A DNA stretch of 63,800 nt, counting the filler, from Cercozoa sp. M6MM (taxonomy: Eukaryota; Protista; Endomyxa: Ascetosporea), in the NCBI GenBank assembly GCA_040357565.1. It is 10 parts of 10 records of this genome, joined end to end, with 100 filler letters (N's around TTAATTAATTAA, not from the genome) between each part and the next. Parts side by side here need not be neighbours in the genome. Positions count along the whole stretch, not along the records: positions 1 to 8,619 come from JBDODJ010000521.1; positions 8,720 to 13,440 come from JBDODJ010001067.1; positions 13,541 to 33,252 come from JBDODJ010000204.1; 7 more parts are not named here. The stretch is one strand, 5' to 3'. Each line of letters begins with the position of its first letter. Within the stretch, counting starts at the first letter, position 1. Position numbers and translations under genes: made by a program. The notes beneath the pieces were generated by a model that was not told the DNA's origin, searched no databases, and was given only the letters and a program-made list of their open reading frames with translations. Of this stretch, positions 1 to 14,299 are shown piece after piece.

Positions 1-179
1 TCCCCTCTATTCAGCGCAACTGCGAAAAGCTCAGTTAACCAGCCCACTGCAGCAAAAGGTTGCCAATGTGAACTTTTTTATCGGGCGTTCTGTTAAAAAC
101 GTCTCATCCGAGCGCAAATAAACGTAGCTCCGTCCGTTTCATCCGAGCGAAAATAATGTGTATTTGAGGAGTCATGCTT

Positions 180-2462
180 CTATTGGGACGGGGGCTTTGT
201 CTGGGTCTGAGGGCGTTGCTGTGTTGGAGGCGCAGCAAGCGTCGCATTGGTAGCGAAGATCGGGGACAAGAAACTGACGGGGGTTCCCTGAGTTTGAAAG
301 TAGAATTCGTACCGGTTCAATAATACACAATGAAAATACCATGTTCATGAATGTCACCAAAGAAGGTACTTGCTGTTGTTGCAGTATCTGTTGGCGCATC
401 TGTATTTTACTGATTTGACAATTTGAAACACTGGAATGGGTCTCGACTACACCTCGTACCTGTTGTTGTATTCGGAGTTGCTGCTGTCGGCGGAAAAACA
501 GCTGCTTCTTTCGATAAACGACAAAGTCTTTCATAGTCATGCCTTCGACGTTGTCATGAGTGTGGCTGTCTAGGGTACGTGAACGCTTTCCCAGAACAGC
601 CGGCGCGGCAGCGGCGGCTCTATGTGGAGAAAGGAGCATTTCTGCGCGTGCTTGCTGCTTGTGTTGCTGTTTGTGGTGCTGTTGTTGCTGCTGCTGTTGA
701 CGCCGTGTTTGTTGCTGTTGATGCTGTTGTTGCTGCTGCTGCCGTTGCGTCTGCTGCTTCTGCTGCTGTTGACGCCGTGTTTGTTGCTGTTGATGCTGCT
801 GTTGCTGCTGCTGCCGTTGCGTCTGCTGCTTCTGCTGCTGTTGTTGAGCAACTGGAAGTTCAGGTTTTAGTTCTGCTTGTGCACACCGTAGACACTCTTG
901 CGTAGCATCGAGAGCTGCCTCAATTCGATCATCAACAGGCAAAACAGGCACAGGTAACTCCTCTTGTGGGGTCGCCTATCATTAGATTCTCAAAAGACTT
1001 AGTCCAATAAACTTATTATGCCCAAATGTGATAGTTTACCACCGAAAACGGCTGCGTTGTGCAAGGAACCTGTAAGGCACCCGACGACCCCACAGAAAGC
1101 AGTTGCGTGGCTTCGCGCAAGTGAAGTTGGGCCTTTCGAATCTCGACGACACCCGGTTGGTCGGAATCAGTGACACCCTTGCACTTTTCACCCAAACGCG
1201 ACACTTCACTGCGCTCTACCTGCAAGCTGCAATCAAATGGGAGTTTCAGAGCACTACTGAGTCGCGAGACATCAGTGCGCAAAGCACTAGCACGACGACG
1301 GGAGCGGCGACTGCGGCACGCTGGGCAACTGCACTGACCACGACAGGCAGGGCACCTCCACGTGTGTACGTCATACACGATGTCGTCTGGAAAGTAGGCA
1401 GCAAGACATTTCAGACAAAATTTCTTTTTGCACCGACGACCACCGCTTCCGCAAGCGGTGTCTTCTTGAGAATTGAATGATTTGCGTCTGGGAGATGGCA
1501 ACATTTGCCCGCTGCAGTGCAATAGCTCGTGCATGGGACGCTTTTTCTTGCATCGATGGCACGACATGCCAGAAGTGGAGGAGTTGTTGACCGCAAGCGG
1601 CATCATTGGTAATAACAAGTTGTCTGCAGTGCCGGGATACGGAATTCTGCTGCGTGTTGGTGTGTCCAATATCGAACACCTTGCCGCAGTGTTCGAATAG
1701 CTCGGAGTTGACAAGGGCGGTGCGATAGTCCCGGTAGGCGCGGACAGCGTGGTATTGGACAAAGGCCCTGCCAGAGGATTGTTCATTTGGCTTGTCGGCG
1801 CAATCACGCGAGTTCTTTCCTTCTGCGGTGCAAACACAACCTGCATTGAGGTAGAAGATCCTGAGCTGTCGCTGTTTGCGTCGATGTTAATCGTAGGAGA
1901 CTACCGAAGTACAACACCTGGGATCATTTTTAATCTGCCATTAGGTTCGCAACAGTGAATGTATACGGAAGATGTGGCAAGTGCGAGCGGCGGTGAAATG
2001 ATGTGAAAGAGTCCTTGGGTAGGGAAGGTTTGAATGTGCTCCTATGCACGGAACAGGATCAAACGATGTGTGAGGGCAAAGTAAAACGCGAGGGTATACC
2101 AAAGGTGAGAATCGCGACTGAGAATCAACTTCCGATCCACAGATCATGTGCCTGTTGTCGCTGCTGTCGGTGACTGACATTGGCCCGGAAGCCGCAGTTG
2201 AAGTGCTGCTCACTCTCTTAGCTTCAAAGTACGCAGGTGCAAAACTGACCACCGACTGCTGCGATTGCGACGAACCCACCGATTCGGCGAATCCTACATT
2301 CAGGTAGCTGCCGCCGTTGTTTGGCGCGAATGAACTCAAACTCAAACCAAACGACTGTGGTGGCGATCTTGACAACGAACGGGCAGTTTGGTCCATGCAA
2401 AAGAGTGGCAACGGTGGTGTCTGATTAACAGGTGACACCAACACACTTCGTGGGGATGTCAT
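180..2462 (-). CDS. zf-4CXXC_R1 (CDCA7/JmjC-associated type) zinc-finger protein with polyQ C-terminal region, ~5 exons
   Basis: ORF 1016..1846 contains CHRCKKK...HCSG...RCKKKFCLKCLAAYF...WRCPACRGQCSCPACR, the four-CxxC pattern of zf-4CXXC_R1. GT-AG introns at about 2042-2099, 1891-1966, 976-1039 and 288-368 join ORFs 1941..2540, 1016..1846 and 172..951 in frame. Confidence 0.75.
651..850 (-). repeat. Coding polyglutamine tract with an internally duplicated block (QQQQKQQTQRQQQQQQHQQQQTRR x2)
   Basis: CTG/TTG-rich tandem sequence; block repeated twice nearly exactly. Confidence 0.9.
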
Positions 2463-3483
2463 ATGAAGCTCGGACAATTGAAGTTGGAGAAGAAGCAAAT
2501 GAAACAGCACTACGCTTTGCGTTTTCCAAGAACTTAACACACCGTATTGTTTAACCCAAGTCGAGCGCTCGATTCTGTGTCGGCAACAACAACATTCGGC
2601 GTGCAGCTGCTCTCCGTGCTGCTGCCAGGTGCTTCCGTATTTTCCTCCGATTCGGTTTTATGGTCGGCCTCTAGATTGAGCGACATACAGTAGGATCAAT
2701 ATCAACAACCTAACGTTAACTCTTTGACTGCCGTGTCTACGCAACATACAAGTTTGCCGGTTTAAATTTAAACAAACATAAATCAATCCCCTTTTGGAAA
2801 ACTGGATAAAACGCCCAAAATGTAGATCCACAGTGCCGCTGCTTAGCACCCAAAACCTACGTGCAGTTACCGTGCTCCCGTTTGTCTCGACCCGCGTGCA
2901 AACCCACAAACCGCTGGCTTGCGACAAAACCCGCAACCCGCGCGGATGTATACAAAAAGGGAGTAATTTAAATTCTAAGTTTAAATATAAACTTATGGGG
3001 CGAAACGCCTTCGTTTTCAGTTGTATCGGCGTTAACTGGACGTATATCGGAACGTCAGATAGAATCGGCATGATGCCTTCAGTTTCAATCAGGTCAAGTT
3101 TCGGCACAATCGGATTGGATCAGTTTTCGGACGCGTACCAGAGAAAGGTGAGCTGAACTTGGCCCGGGCTGAAAGGTTGTTTTTGCCCTTTGTTGCAGTT
3201 GCCAGTTGTCAAACTATAGAGTAGCTGCCACGATGGATGCAACAATCACTCGTGCATTCTGAAAACAGTACAAGAATAATTGGAGAATGAAAAGTCGAGT
3301 CGAGTCTTCGTAGTTCAGCTGAAGCCCGAAGTCAAGTTGACGTTTCAGTCTTGAAAAACAAGTTCCGGCCAAGCTGAAAGCTGCTGGTGGCGAGCTTAAA
3401 TTCCATGAACTTCCTCTAAGTTCAGCCATATCGTCGCTTACAGTTTTAAGTTCCATGAACTTCCTCTAAGTTCAGTCACAGTG

Positions 3484-6395
<2,912 letters not shown>

Positions 6396-6989
6396 TCACG
6401 TTGGGATCACCGAGTGATACGATGACTCTAACAGCTGTACAGGATCGGAGTAAGTCCGAAGGCGCCCGCTTTGGACCAGATTGCATGTTCACTCGCAAAA
6501 TGATCTCTGTTGAGGGCTGAGGGGGAATGATCGGGTATCCATAGGATAGGGAAACGCAGCTCTAAGCTATTTGAAGTTGTACTAAGAACACTTCCAGCGA
6601 TAAACTCATCCATCAGTTTGCAAGGCAGCGACGTAGCGCATTTATGTTAAACACAACTATGAATACAAACGAGTCTGGTTGCCCTGGAATAAAAGCGGAA
6701 CAAACTTCAGGTTGCACGCGCGCACACACACACACACACACACGAAACCGAAATCTCGCGCGCAGAGCACACGCAGCTCAGCACACACAAACCGGCGCAG
6801 TCTCAAGGGACCACACACTGCAAGGATTTGCTAATGCTAGTACACCACCGTGTACGAAGGTACATCGAACAATTGACAGTCGACGGAACCAACCTGACAA
6901 AAAAGCCAGGCACAGTTCTGCCGGTGTCTAGAAAAAACTGAGCTGCAGAAGGTTGTGTTGCATAAAGTCCCTTGTCGCGCTATGGCGAG

Positions 6990-7960
6990 ATTGAATTAGG
7001 TGGCTGCGAACTATGCTTGCAAACAAGGCGCTTCTCGGGTAGCGATACTGGAGAAGAACGCCAATCTCGGCGGCTGCTCTATTTCGACCCGTTTCAAAGC
7101 AGCAGCAGGGGGTACAGATAGGTCTTGGGCGAGCTCTGCCTTTAATCGTCGTAAGGTTTAGCACGCTCCTCGCGCTGTTCGTACGTATGCGGTTTCCTTC
7201 GTCCCATCATTGCGGAGGAGCTCGAGCTCCGCGTAAATTGTGCCGTGGTAAGCTTGTGATGTTTTGCCGCAGTAAATTCATGATGTACTCAGAAACACGG
7301 ACTGGAGTACATCTCGCGTACTCCTGGTTCAGTGACTCCATACCGCGCAGAGGACGGTCAAACAGGCGCCTTCAAAACCTTGCTGTCGGACAATGCGAGC
7401 TTTGTCTTGGGTACGATAGCTTGGGATGGAACTACAGTATCAGTAAACAGAACCAAGGATAGACAAGGGTAGTATTTTGCGACTGCCTGGAGCAACGCAT
7501 GACGACGTGCGGCAGTATCAAGACTTCCTCGCCATGATGGGGCGCTTTCGACGAGGTACCGTTTGCTTCAGGTTTCTTTGGAAATGCATACATGCAGATA
7601 TGCAATTTCAGTCTTGGACCCACTGGTGGATGCTCCTGCATTCCCACGTACCGGATGGATATCCTCACTCATACAATCGCCTTCGCGACAGCAGGCTTTG
7701 GGGTGGGCATGTTCTTCCATTAACATCATATATAAGTTTACTTTTGAGTCGCAAGCGGTTCCGTTGTATAGTTGTGTATTAAGACTATCTTGAACTTGTC
7801 GACTAGTAATTTAGGCACTGACTTCAGTGCGAGGCAGTATGCTGCGGGAAATATATGAATTATTGGTGTCCTCGGCCTGGTCGGTGCTGGATCGGCGCAT
7901 TGAAAACGACATACGATACTTCTGGGCACCATCCTTTCTGATGCTTGTATCGGCTCCACG
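6990..7960 (+). pseudogene. PYROXD2-like (phytoene desaturase/FAD oxidoreductase family) fragment with frameshift
   Basis: Spliced VAANYACKQGASRVAILEKNANLGGC...SRCSYVCGFLRPIIAEELELR|KHGL...LDPLVDAP...YELLVSSAWSVLDRRIENDI / LLGTILSDACIG. A 5-nt insertion at 7911-7915 shifts the frame; no GxGxxG exon and no C-terminal half were found. Confidence 0.6.
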
Positions 7961-8105
7961 GTACTTTTACGTCTATTAAGAGTTCATCATTAAAAGGATC
8001 ATGGCCGTGGAGCCGGTAAAAAGCAAGCCTATCGTATGACGTACTGTAAACTTACTATGGTTCCATTCGGTTTCCGCTCTATCCTAGCGCAGTTGGGAAC
8101 GAAAC

Positions 8106-8445
8106 TTAGTTGCTTTTCGACAAGACAATTTGAACTTTGTCATCTCCGAGACCGAACATCTTGAAACAAGAGGCTACGCAGAGAATCAAACAGGTCAATG
8201 TAAGGCAGCACATGACACCATTCAGCCAAATGTACTCACGCCAGTCAGAACCGATTTCGTCAAGCAGTGTCCGATCCTGTGAAATACTTGGCAGGTCCAA
8301 CCGCTCACACAGCACGCGAACGTGACGGCGCGGCACATCGAATGAACCCGTGTACGCACGGCTCTTTGTTGGCGTGATTGACTTCGGCAGAAGCACGAAC
8401 ACAGACTTAACGCCAAACTTCTCGCCAAATTTGGAGCGGAAAAGC
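8106..8445 (-). CDS. 3' fragment of a hypothetical protein (truncated by contig end)
   Basis: Exon LFRSKFGEKFGVKSVFVLLPKSITPTK...EIGSDW with GT-AG boundaries, terminal exon ending ...VLSKSN*. Confidence 0.4.
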
Positions 8446-8571
8446 TACATTGAAATGGCAGAGACACAGTCAAAGTCTTTACTTGCACACCGCTAAAACA
8501 AGTACCTTTGTCGCACGGCAAGCATGTGCATAACTCTCGAACATAAAGTGAGCAGTCTACGCAGACCCAAA

Positions 8572-8619
<48 letters not shown>

Positions 8620-8719
8620 NNNNNNNNNNNNNNNNNNNNNNNNNNNNNNNNNNNNNNNNNNNNTTAATTAATTAANNNNNNNNNNNNNNNNNNNNNNNNN
8701 NNNNNNNNNNNNNNNNNNN
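8620..8719. other. Artificial contig spacer N44-TTAATTAATTAA-N44. Same spacer at 13441-13540, 33253-33352, 34789-34888, 36915-37014, 48143-48242, 50609-50708, 56705-56804, 59843-59942
   Basis: Identical six-frame-stop linker inside N runs, nine times. Confidence 0.97.
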
Positions 8720-9926
8720 CCCGTAGTACACGCACTGGCAGCAGTTTCTGAACGACGGCGAGCAAGTCTTCATCAACGCCATCGCTTGGGTTGCTCCGAC
8801 TTGTACATATGCACCTGTGTGTATGGACCTGTGTGTATATGTACATATGGACCTGTGTGTACATGGACCTGTGTGTGTACATATGGACCTGTGTGTGTAC
8901 ATATGGACCTGTGTGTGGACAGGAGGAACACAGAAGGGACACGTGTAATCTCGAGGCATCTAAAGGTAGCATACTTTNNNNNNNNNNNNNNNNNNNNNNN
9001 NNNNNNNNNNNNNNNNNNNNNNNNNNNNNNNNNNNNNNNNNNNNNNNNNNNNNNNNNNNNNNNNNNNNNNNNNNNNNCCACAGGGAGAAGGGCGACTTCC
9101 GCGGCTTTGCGCAGCTGGTGCAGCAGGCCATGGCGGCCGAGCAGTCGCCGGGCGACCCGCAGGCCGCCAAGACGGCGCGGCAGCAGCAGGTGCAGGTGGC
9201 GCTGCTGCGACCCAACCCGCAGGCCGTGCGGCACGTGCTGCCGCGATCGATGCTCGAGTCGGTGCCGACCCTGCACAGGTAGCACCCACCCCCTCCTACC
9301 TCCTACCCCCTACCCTCTACCCTCTACCCTCTACCCTCTTCCCAGACCACACACGCTGCGCGAGCGTCTGCGTCAGGGCGAGCAGCAGCGGCAGCAACTC
9401 CTGGCACACCGACTCACGAGCGTCGAGGTGTCCCTTCTGTCTCTCTATGTGCCTACCTATGTCTACTTATCTATGAGTCTATCTATGTGTCTACTTATCT
9501 CTGAGTCTATCTATGTGTCTACTTATCTATGTGTCTACTTATCTATGTGTCTACTTATCTATGTGTCTACTTATCTATGTGTCTACTTATCTATGTGTCT
9601 ACTTATCTATGTGTCTATCTATGTGTCTATCCATGCGTATGTGTGTGTGCGTGGAGACAGGACGTCTCAGGACGCGTGCACCAACTGCTCCTGCCGGAGA
9701 AGGTGGAGACACTCGAGAGCACACCCATCCTCCGCAAGACTGTCGTGCAGGTACTCTTGTCTTTTTAAAACTCACCAGTAATGCTGACTCACTGCTATCA
9801 TGGGCGCATGTGGTCGCTCAGGAGCACGCGCAGGAGAACGTGCTGCCGGCACAGATCGAAGTCAAGGCGGCCGTACGACGGCGGCAGCAGCAACGCGTGC
9901 GACCACTTGCGATCTTTCGTCCCTAA
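8720..9926 (+). CDS. 3' part of a hypothetical protein, multi-exon
   Basis: GC-rich codon-biased exons (REKGDFRGFAQLVQQAM..., RPHTLRERLRQ..., DVSGRVHQLL..., EHAQENVLP...IFRP*) bounded by GT-AG. Confidence 0.5.
8800..8920. repeat. Intronic minisatellite (ATATGGACCTGTGTGTGTAC-type unit)
   Basis: about 5 tandem copies. Confidence 0.85.
9455..9630. repeat. Intronic 16-nt minisatellite (TCTACTTATCTATGTG)n
   Basis: about 10 tandem copies. Confidence 0.9.
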
Positions 9927-10173
9927 CCCCCAGTTCAGAATCAAAAAAAAAATAATCACTAAGCAAAACAACAGACGCGTTATCCGTTTCCCGTCCAATA
10001 CTTTTAGACGTCCGTGATCTGACTAAAGGCACATTGCTGCTCGACTGTCTAAAAACGGTCCGTTTGTACCGAAAAATAAGGGTCCACGCGTAATTCATTC
10101 ACTTAACGGCGCGTTGGGCGGTTTCGAGCAAAACCAGGCCGAACGGCGTCGTCTGCAATCACACACAGGCATT

Positions 10174-11473
10174 ATGTCCGGCGAAGCATTGAACCTCTCT
10201 ATCTTTGGGTACGTCTCAGCGTGACACGAGTGTTTTGGTGCCCAGCAAGCGTGCCGTGTGTGCCGTGCGCCTTTTGCCGGCGGGCTCTGGTGCAGCATGC
10301 CCAAATGTGCTGCTTAAGACTCTGTGCGTTGCCATTGCCGTTGCTGGGCCCGTTGTGTGCATTGCTTTTTGTGTTTCTTTTTCGTGCTGCTGTTTCCAAT
10401 TTGTTTTGTGCCTGTGCCGGCCTTTTGATTTGGCCACACGTTGTGCATGTGGCGGCATATGCATCTGTTGCGTACTTTTGTGGATTTCAGCCCGCTTTTA
10501 AGGCTTTTGTTTGTGTGCTTTTTTTTTCTGTGTCGATCGATCTCACCTGGGTTTCCTGTGACTGGTTTACGTGGGTTGCGTCAATGCTGTGCAGTGACGA
10601 GCTCACCACGGAGCAGCTGGTGCAGCTGGCGCGCGTGGCCGAGCAGGCCGAGCGCTACGATGACATGTGCAAGTTCATGAAGGCGCTGGTGCAGAAGAAG
10701 ACCGAGCTTTCGGTCGACGAGCGCAACCTCCTCAGCGTGGCTTACAAGAACGTCGTGGGCGCGCGACGCGCGTCGTGGCGCACGCTCAACCTCGACGAGC
10801 ACAAGGTAGCACCATCTCCCTCTCTGTTGCCCCCCCCCCCCCCGCGCCCCATGCTGTATGTGTGGTCGGTGTAGGTCAACGAGCTCGTCGGCGTGTACCG
10901 ACAGCAGATCGAGAAGGAGCTGTCGGCCATCTGCAACGAGGTGCTCGAGCTGCTGAAGGAGTTCCTGCTGCCGTCGGTGAAGGACCGCAACGACGAGAGC
11001 GAGGTGTTCTACCTCAAGATGACGGGCGACTACTACCGCTACCTGTCGGAGTTCACGCCCGGCAACGCCGACAGCGAGAGCGCCCTGCAGGCCAAGAAGC
11101 ACTACCAGCAGGCCCTCGACATGGCCAAGAGCAACCTGCACGAGACGCACCCGACGCGTCTCGGCCTGGCGCTCAACTACTCGGTGTGCTACTTCGAGAT
11201 CCTCAACGACGCCGACAAGGCGTGCGCGCTGGCTCGCGAGGCCTTCGAGGAGGCCATCCAGAAGCTCGACTCGCTGGGCAACACGAACTACAAGGACTCC
11301 ACGCTCATCATGCAGCTGCTGCGCGACAACCTCACGCTCTGGCAGACTGAGGTGCAGGAGGGCCGCGATGTCAAGGTACGCTCCGCGCGCATCTCAACAC
11401 TATGTGTCTGTGTGTGGTATGCACGTGTGCCTGTCCACTTGTACAGGTCGAGGACGTCGATGTCGAGCCGTAA
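10174..11473 (+). CDS. 14-3-3 protein, 4 exons (first exon inferred)
   Basis: [78 protein letters not shown]; introns at about 10209-10594, 10806-10874, 11376-11446. Confidence 0.97.
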
Positions 11474-11657
11474 GGAGCCGTCCGACTGTTCCCGTCGCGC
11501 AAACAGCCCCCGAGAAATAACACAGGGCCTACCGCACAATCATACTACCATACAACGACAGCATGATGGCATGGTCCCTTACAATCAACGTCGCGACTGC
11601 TTCTTCCGCGGCTAACTAACCTGCGAAGCTCCCTATCTTATCATCAAAAAATGCTAA

Positions 11658-12598
11658 CTACTGTCGTATTAATATCCGAGATTGCTTTGTGGTGCCGTAC
11701 ATGACAACAGTAAGATACGGCCGTTCGTCAGTCTGCCATTGTGCGATGCCAGAGACTGACGCGGAGGGTCGCTGGACGCCAACCAGGACTGAGACGAGAC
11801 TGCTGCAGGGCGAACCTTGACGCCAAGGGAGTCTGCGTGGACGTGTAGTGAACCACCTCGTACCCCAATGACGCACGTTTGACTGCTCCGTGTCGCCAAG
11901 CTTCAACGTTCTTAGAAGACCGAACTAACAAACTAAGATACGACCATTTTGCAGTGCACCGTCCGAAATGATTGACCGCAATATCCGCACTAACAAAACC
12001 GCAGATGAAGGTAGGTGTACCTGGTAGGGTGCCAAGTCTACCAAAAGAGGATCTGGATGGCCGCGACTTCCGGTATGTAAAACGGGTGCCGACAAGAGAC
12101 AGTACTATTTGACGTGACTACGAAAGAACGCGAGTCTCAGTTATTTACGGGACTGGTAAATACACTAGCACATGGCTTGTCAGTCTCGATCGATCTGGCT
12201 GCACAACCGACAGTAAACGACACTGACACTGGCAATTTAGACAGGCCGGCGACTTCCGACAGTAATTCGTACGCCGAAGGTGCCCGGGTAGGCAGGACGC
12301 GGCAACACGACAGGACGGGGCTGTCGCTGCGGCAGACGGTTTCGAACTTGCGGTCGACCGAACTAAGTTCATGCCAACATCAAGGGCCTCGACAGCAACA
12401 ACAACAACGAAAACCAGCAACTCAACCAACAACAACAATAAAAAACAACAACAACCAACAGAGAGGACCATCGCTAATGAAACAAAACCAAAAGGAGTCA
12501 ACGTGTTGAAATCCGAACAGTCGCACTACCTCGTATTCGCGATAGGGGGCGGGTCGAAGGTTAATTCTGCGCGGAGCTGTCGCGCAAACACACAGACA

Positions 12599-12649
<51 letters not shown>

Positions 12650-13395
12650 AGCACCCGCCCCCAGCACCCCAGCACCCCCAGCACCCCCTACCACCCTCTA
12701 CACACGTCAGTGCACATGCCGCATGTAAAGGGTCCAAAACTGCGTAAGACGAGCTAGAGCGGCAGTCAGTACCCAAAGCACCGGCAGCGTTGCGGTTGGC
12801 GACGTTGCGGTTGGCGGCGGCGTTGCGGTTGGCGGCGGTAGCGTCAGGGAACTCAGCGACTGACAAAAGGAGGTGGAGTGCAAGGTAGATAGAGCATGCA
12901 CAGTGTGATACCGCGACGGTTCTCCTGGTTGTTATAGCCACGCTCAGCTGCGAGTATTCACAAGACAGTCGCTTCATCACACCTGTAGGGCAAGCCGCAC
13001 TCAAAGCAACGCACCAAGTGCCAGTCTCGAGTGGTTGGCACGGTTCCGGTCCCGCGTTCTGCTCCCTCCCTCTCTGATCTCTGCACAGACATGTTTCTCG
13101 TACACAGGTCTGAGGTAGAGTAGTCGATGGGAAGTTAGGAGGGACACTATGGAGCATATTTGTTTACCTCGCCGGTTCTCGGCGCGATTGATGCGGCGAC
13201 GGCGAACATTGCGACGCTCAACTGTGAGTACACGCCACAGAGCAGTTCACTCGGGCGTACACAACGGCACCACACTCTCTGAAAGATACGAGATGAGTAA
13301 AAGTACCAAGAGGCTCGCGAGCAACAACAGGTTCCTCTCGCCACTGGACGTACTCCAACCAAGCGGCCTGAGTCCGTTCACATCAGCATGCTGAC
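11658..13395 (-). CDS. Hypothetical multi-exon protein (5' truncated)
   Basis: Spliceable open exons (...DATAANRNAAANRNVANRN...LDPLHAA|SPRRINLRPAPYREYE...); no family motif recognised. Confidence 0.3.
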
Positions 13396-13404
13396 ACACG
13401 CACA

Positions 13405-13440
<36 letters not shown>

Positions 13441-14299
13441 NNNNNNNNNNNNNNNNNNNNNNNNNNNNNNNNNNNNNNNNNNNNTTAATTAATTAANNNN
13501 NNNNNNNNNNNNNNNNNNNNNNNNNNNNNNNNNNNNNNNNCCCCCCCCCCCCCCTCGAACCCTCCCCTCGCTCTCGTACCCTGGGCATTGACTCGATTTA
13601 TATGACCCATAGTTGATGCCGAAACCGTGAATCACGTGAATAATCTGCGCCTTCGACTTTGCAATCGCGATTTTGCTTTTGTTTGGTTTAGCGCTGTATT
13701 TACGCCTACGATCTCATCCAATCACTCAGTTTGACTTGTCGCGCAGTAGCCCTGCCAGCTTGTTTCTCTCATCCTCGCGGCAAAGCGTGACGCCGAACGG
13801 GCTTGGTGGGCCTCGCTGTGACAGAGGTCGGCATTGCCCGATGATAGCATGTGCCTGAATAACTCATTTCTAGTCACCAAATCGCCAGGTTCACCAACTG
13901 TTGGCCTGGGATAGGGATCGTTCTTGGCCGAGATAACTTATTTAGGCTTTCAGGAGGGGGCATAGCCTACCGCCAGCATGGCCAACCACTTGTTGCTGGT
14001 AACCGTCGGAGGGCTGCGCGGTAAAAATTTTTGCAGCATTTTATAAGCTTCGGGCTGTTCTGCACACTCTGTTCTGCAACGGGCGCGTAGCTGCCACAGA
14101 CACGAGCTCCCAAAAAGTCGACTAAACTCCATGTTTTGTTTGTTTGGCCAAGTCTGCTCACCCCGCTTCCAATCCGCGAGGATGTGATTTGAGAGAAATA
14201 ATGCTGTTTGAGAAACGCCCAGGTCACTCTCGTTTGGACGGTAAGCTTTGAGGGCTGCAGAGCCAAGTGTAGACTCGGGCTGCAGTGCGGGTGCACTCC

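Noticed and set aside
2716-2745. piggyBac-like end TTAACTCTTTGACTGCC
   Set aside because: No matching inverted end or transposase seen in the window
10209-10594. ncRNA in the long first intron of 14-3-3 (and upstream of the phosphate carrier)
   Set aside because: No box C/D pair or convincing H/ACA architecture visible by eye
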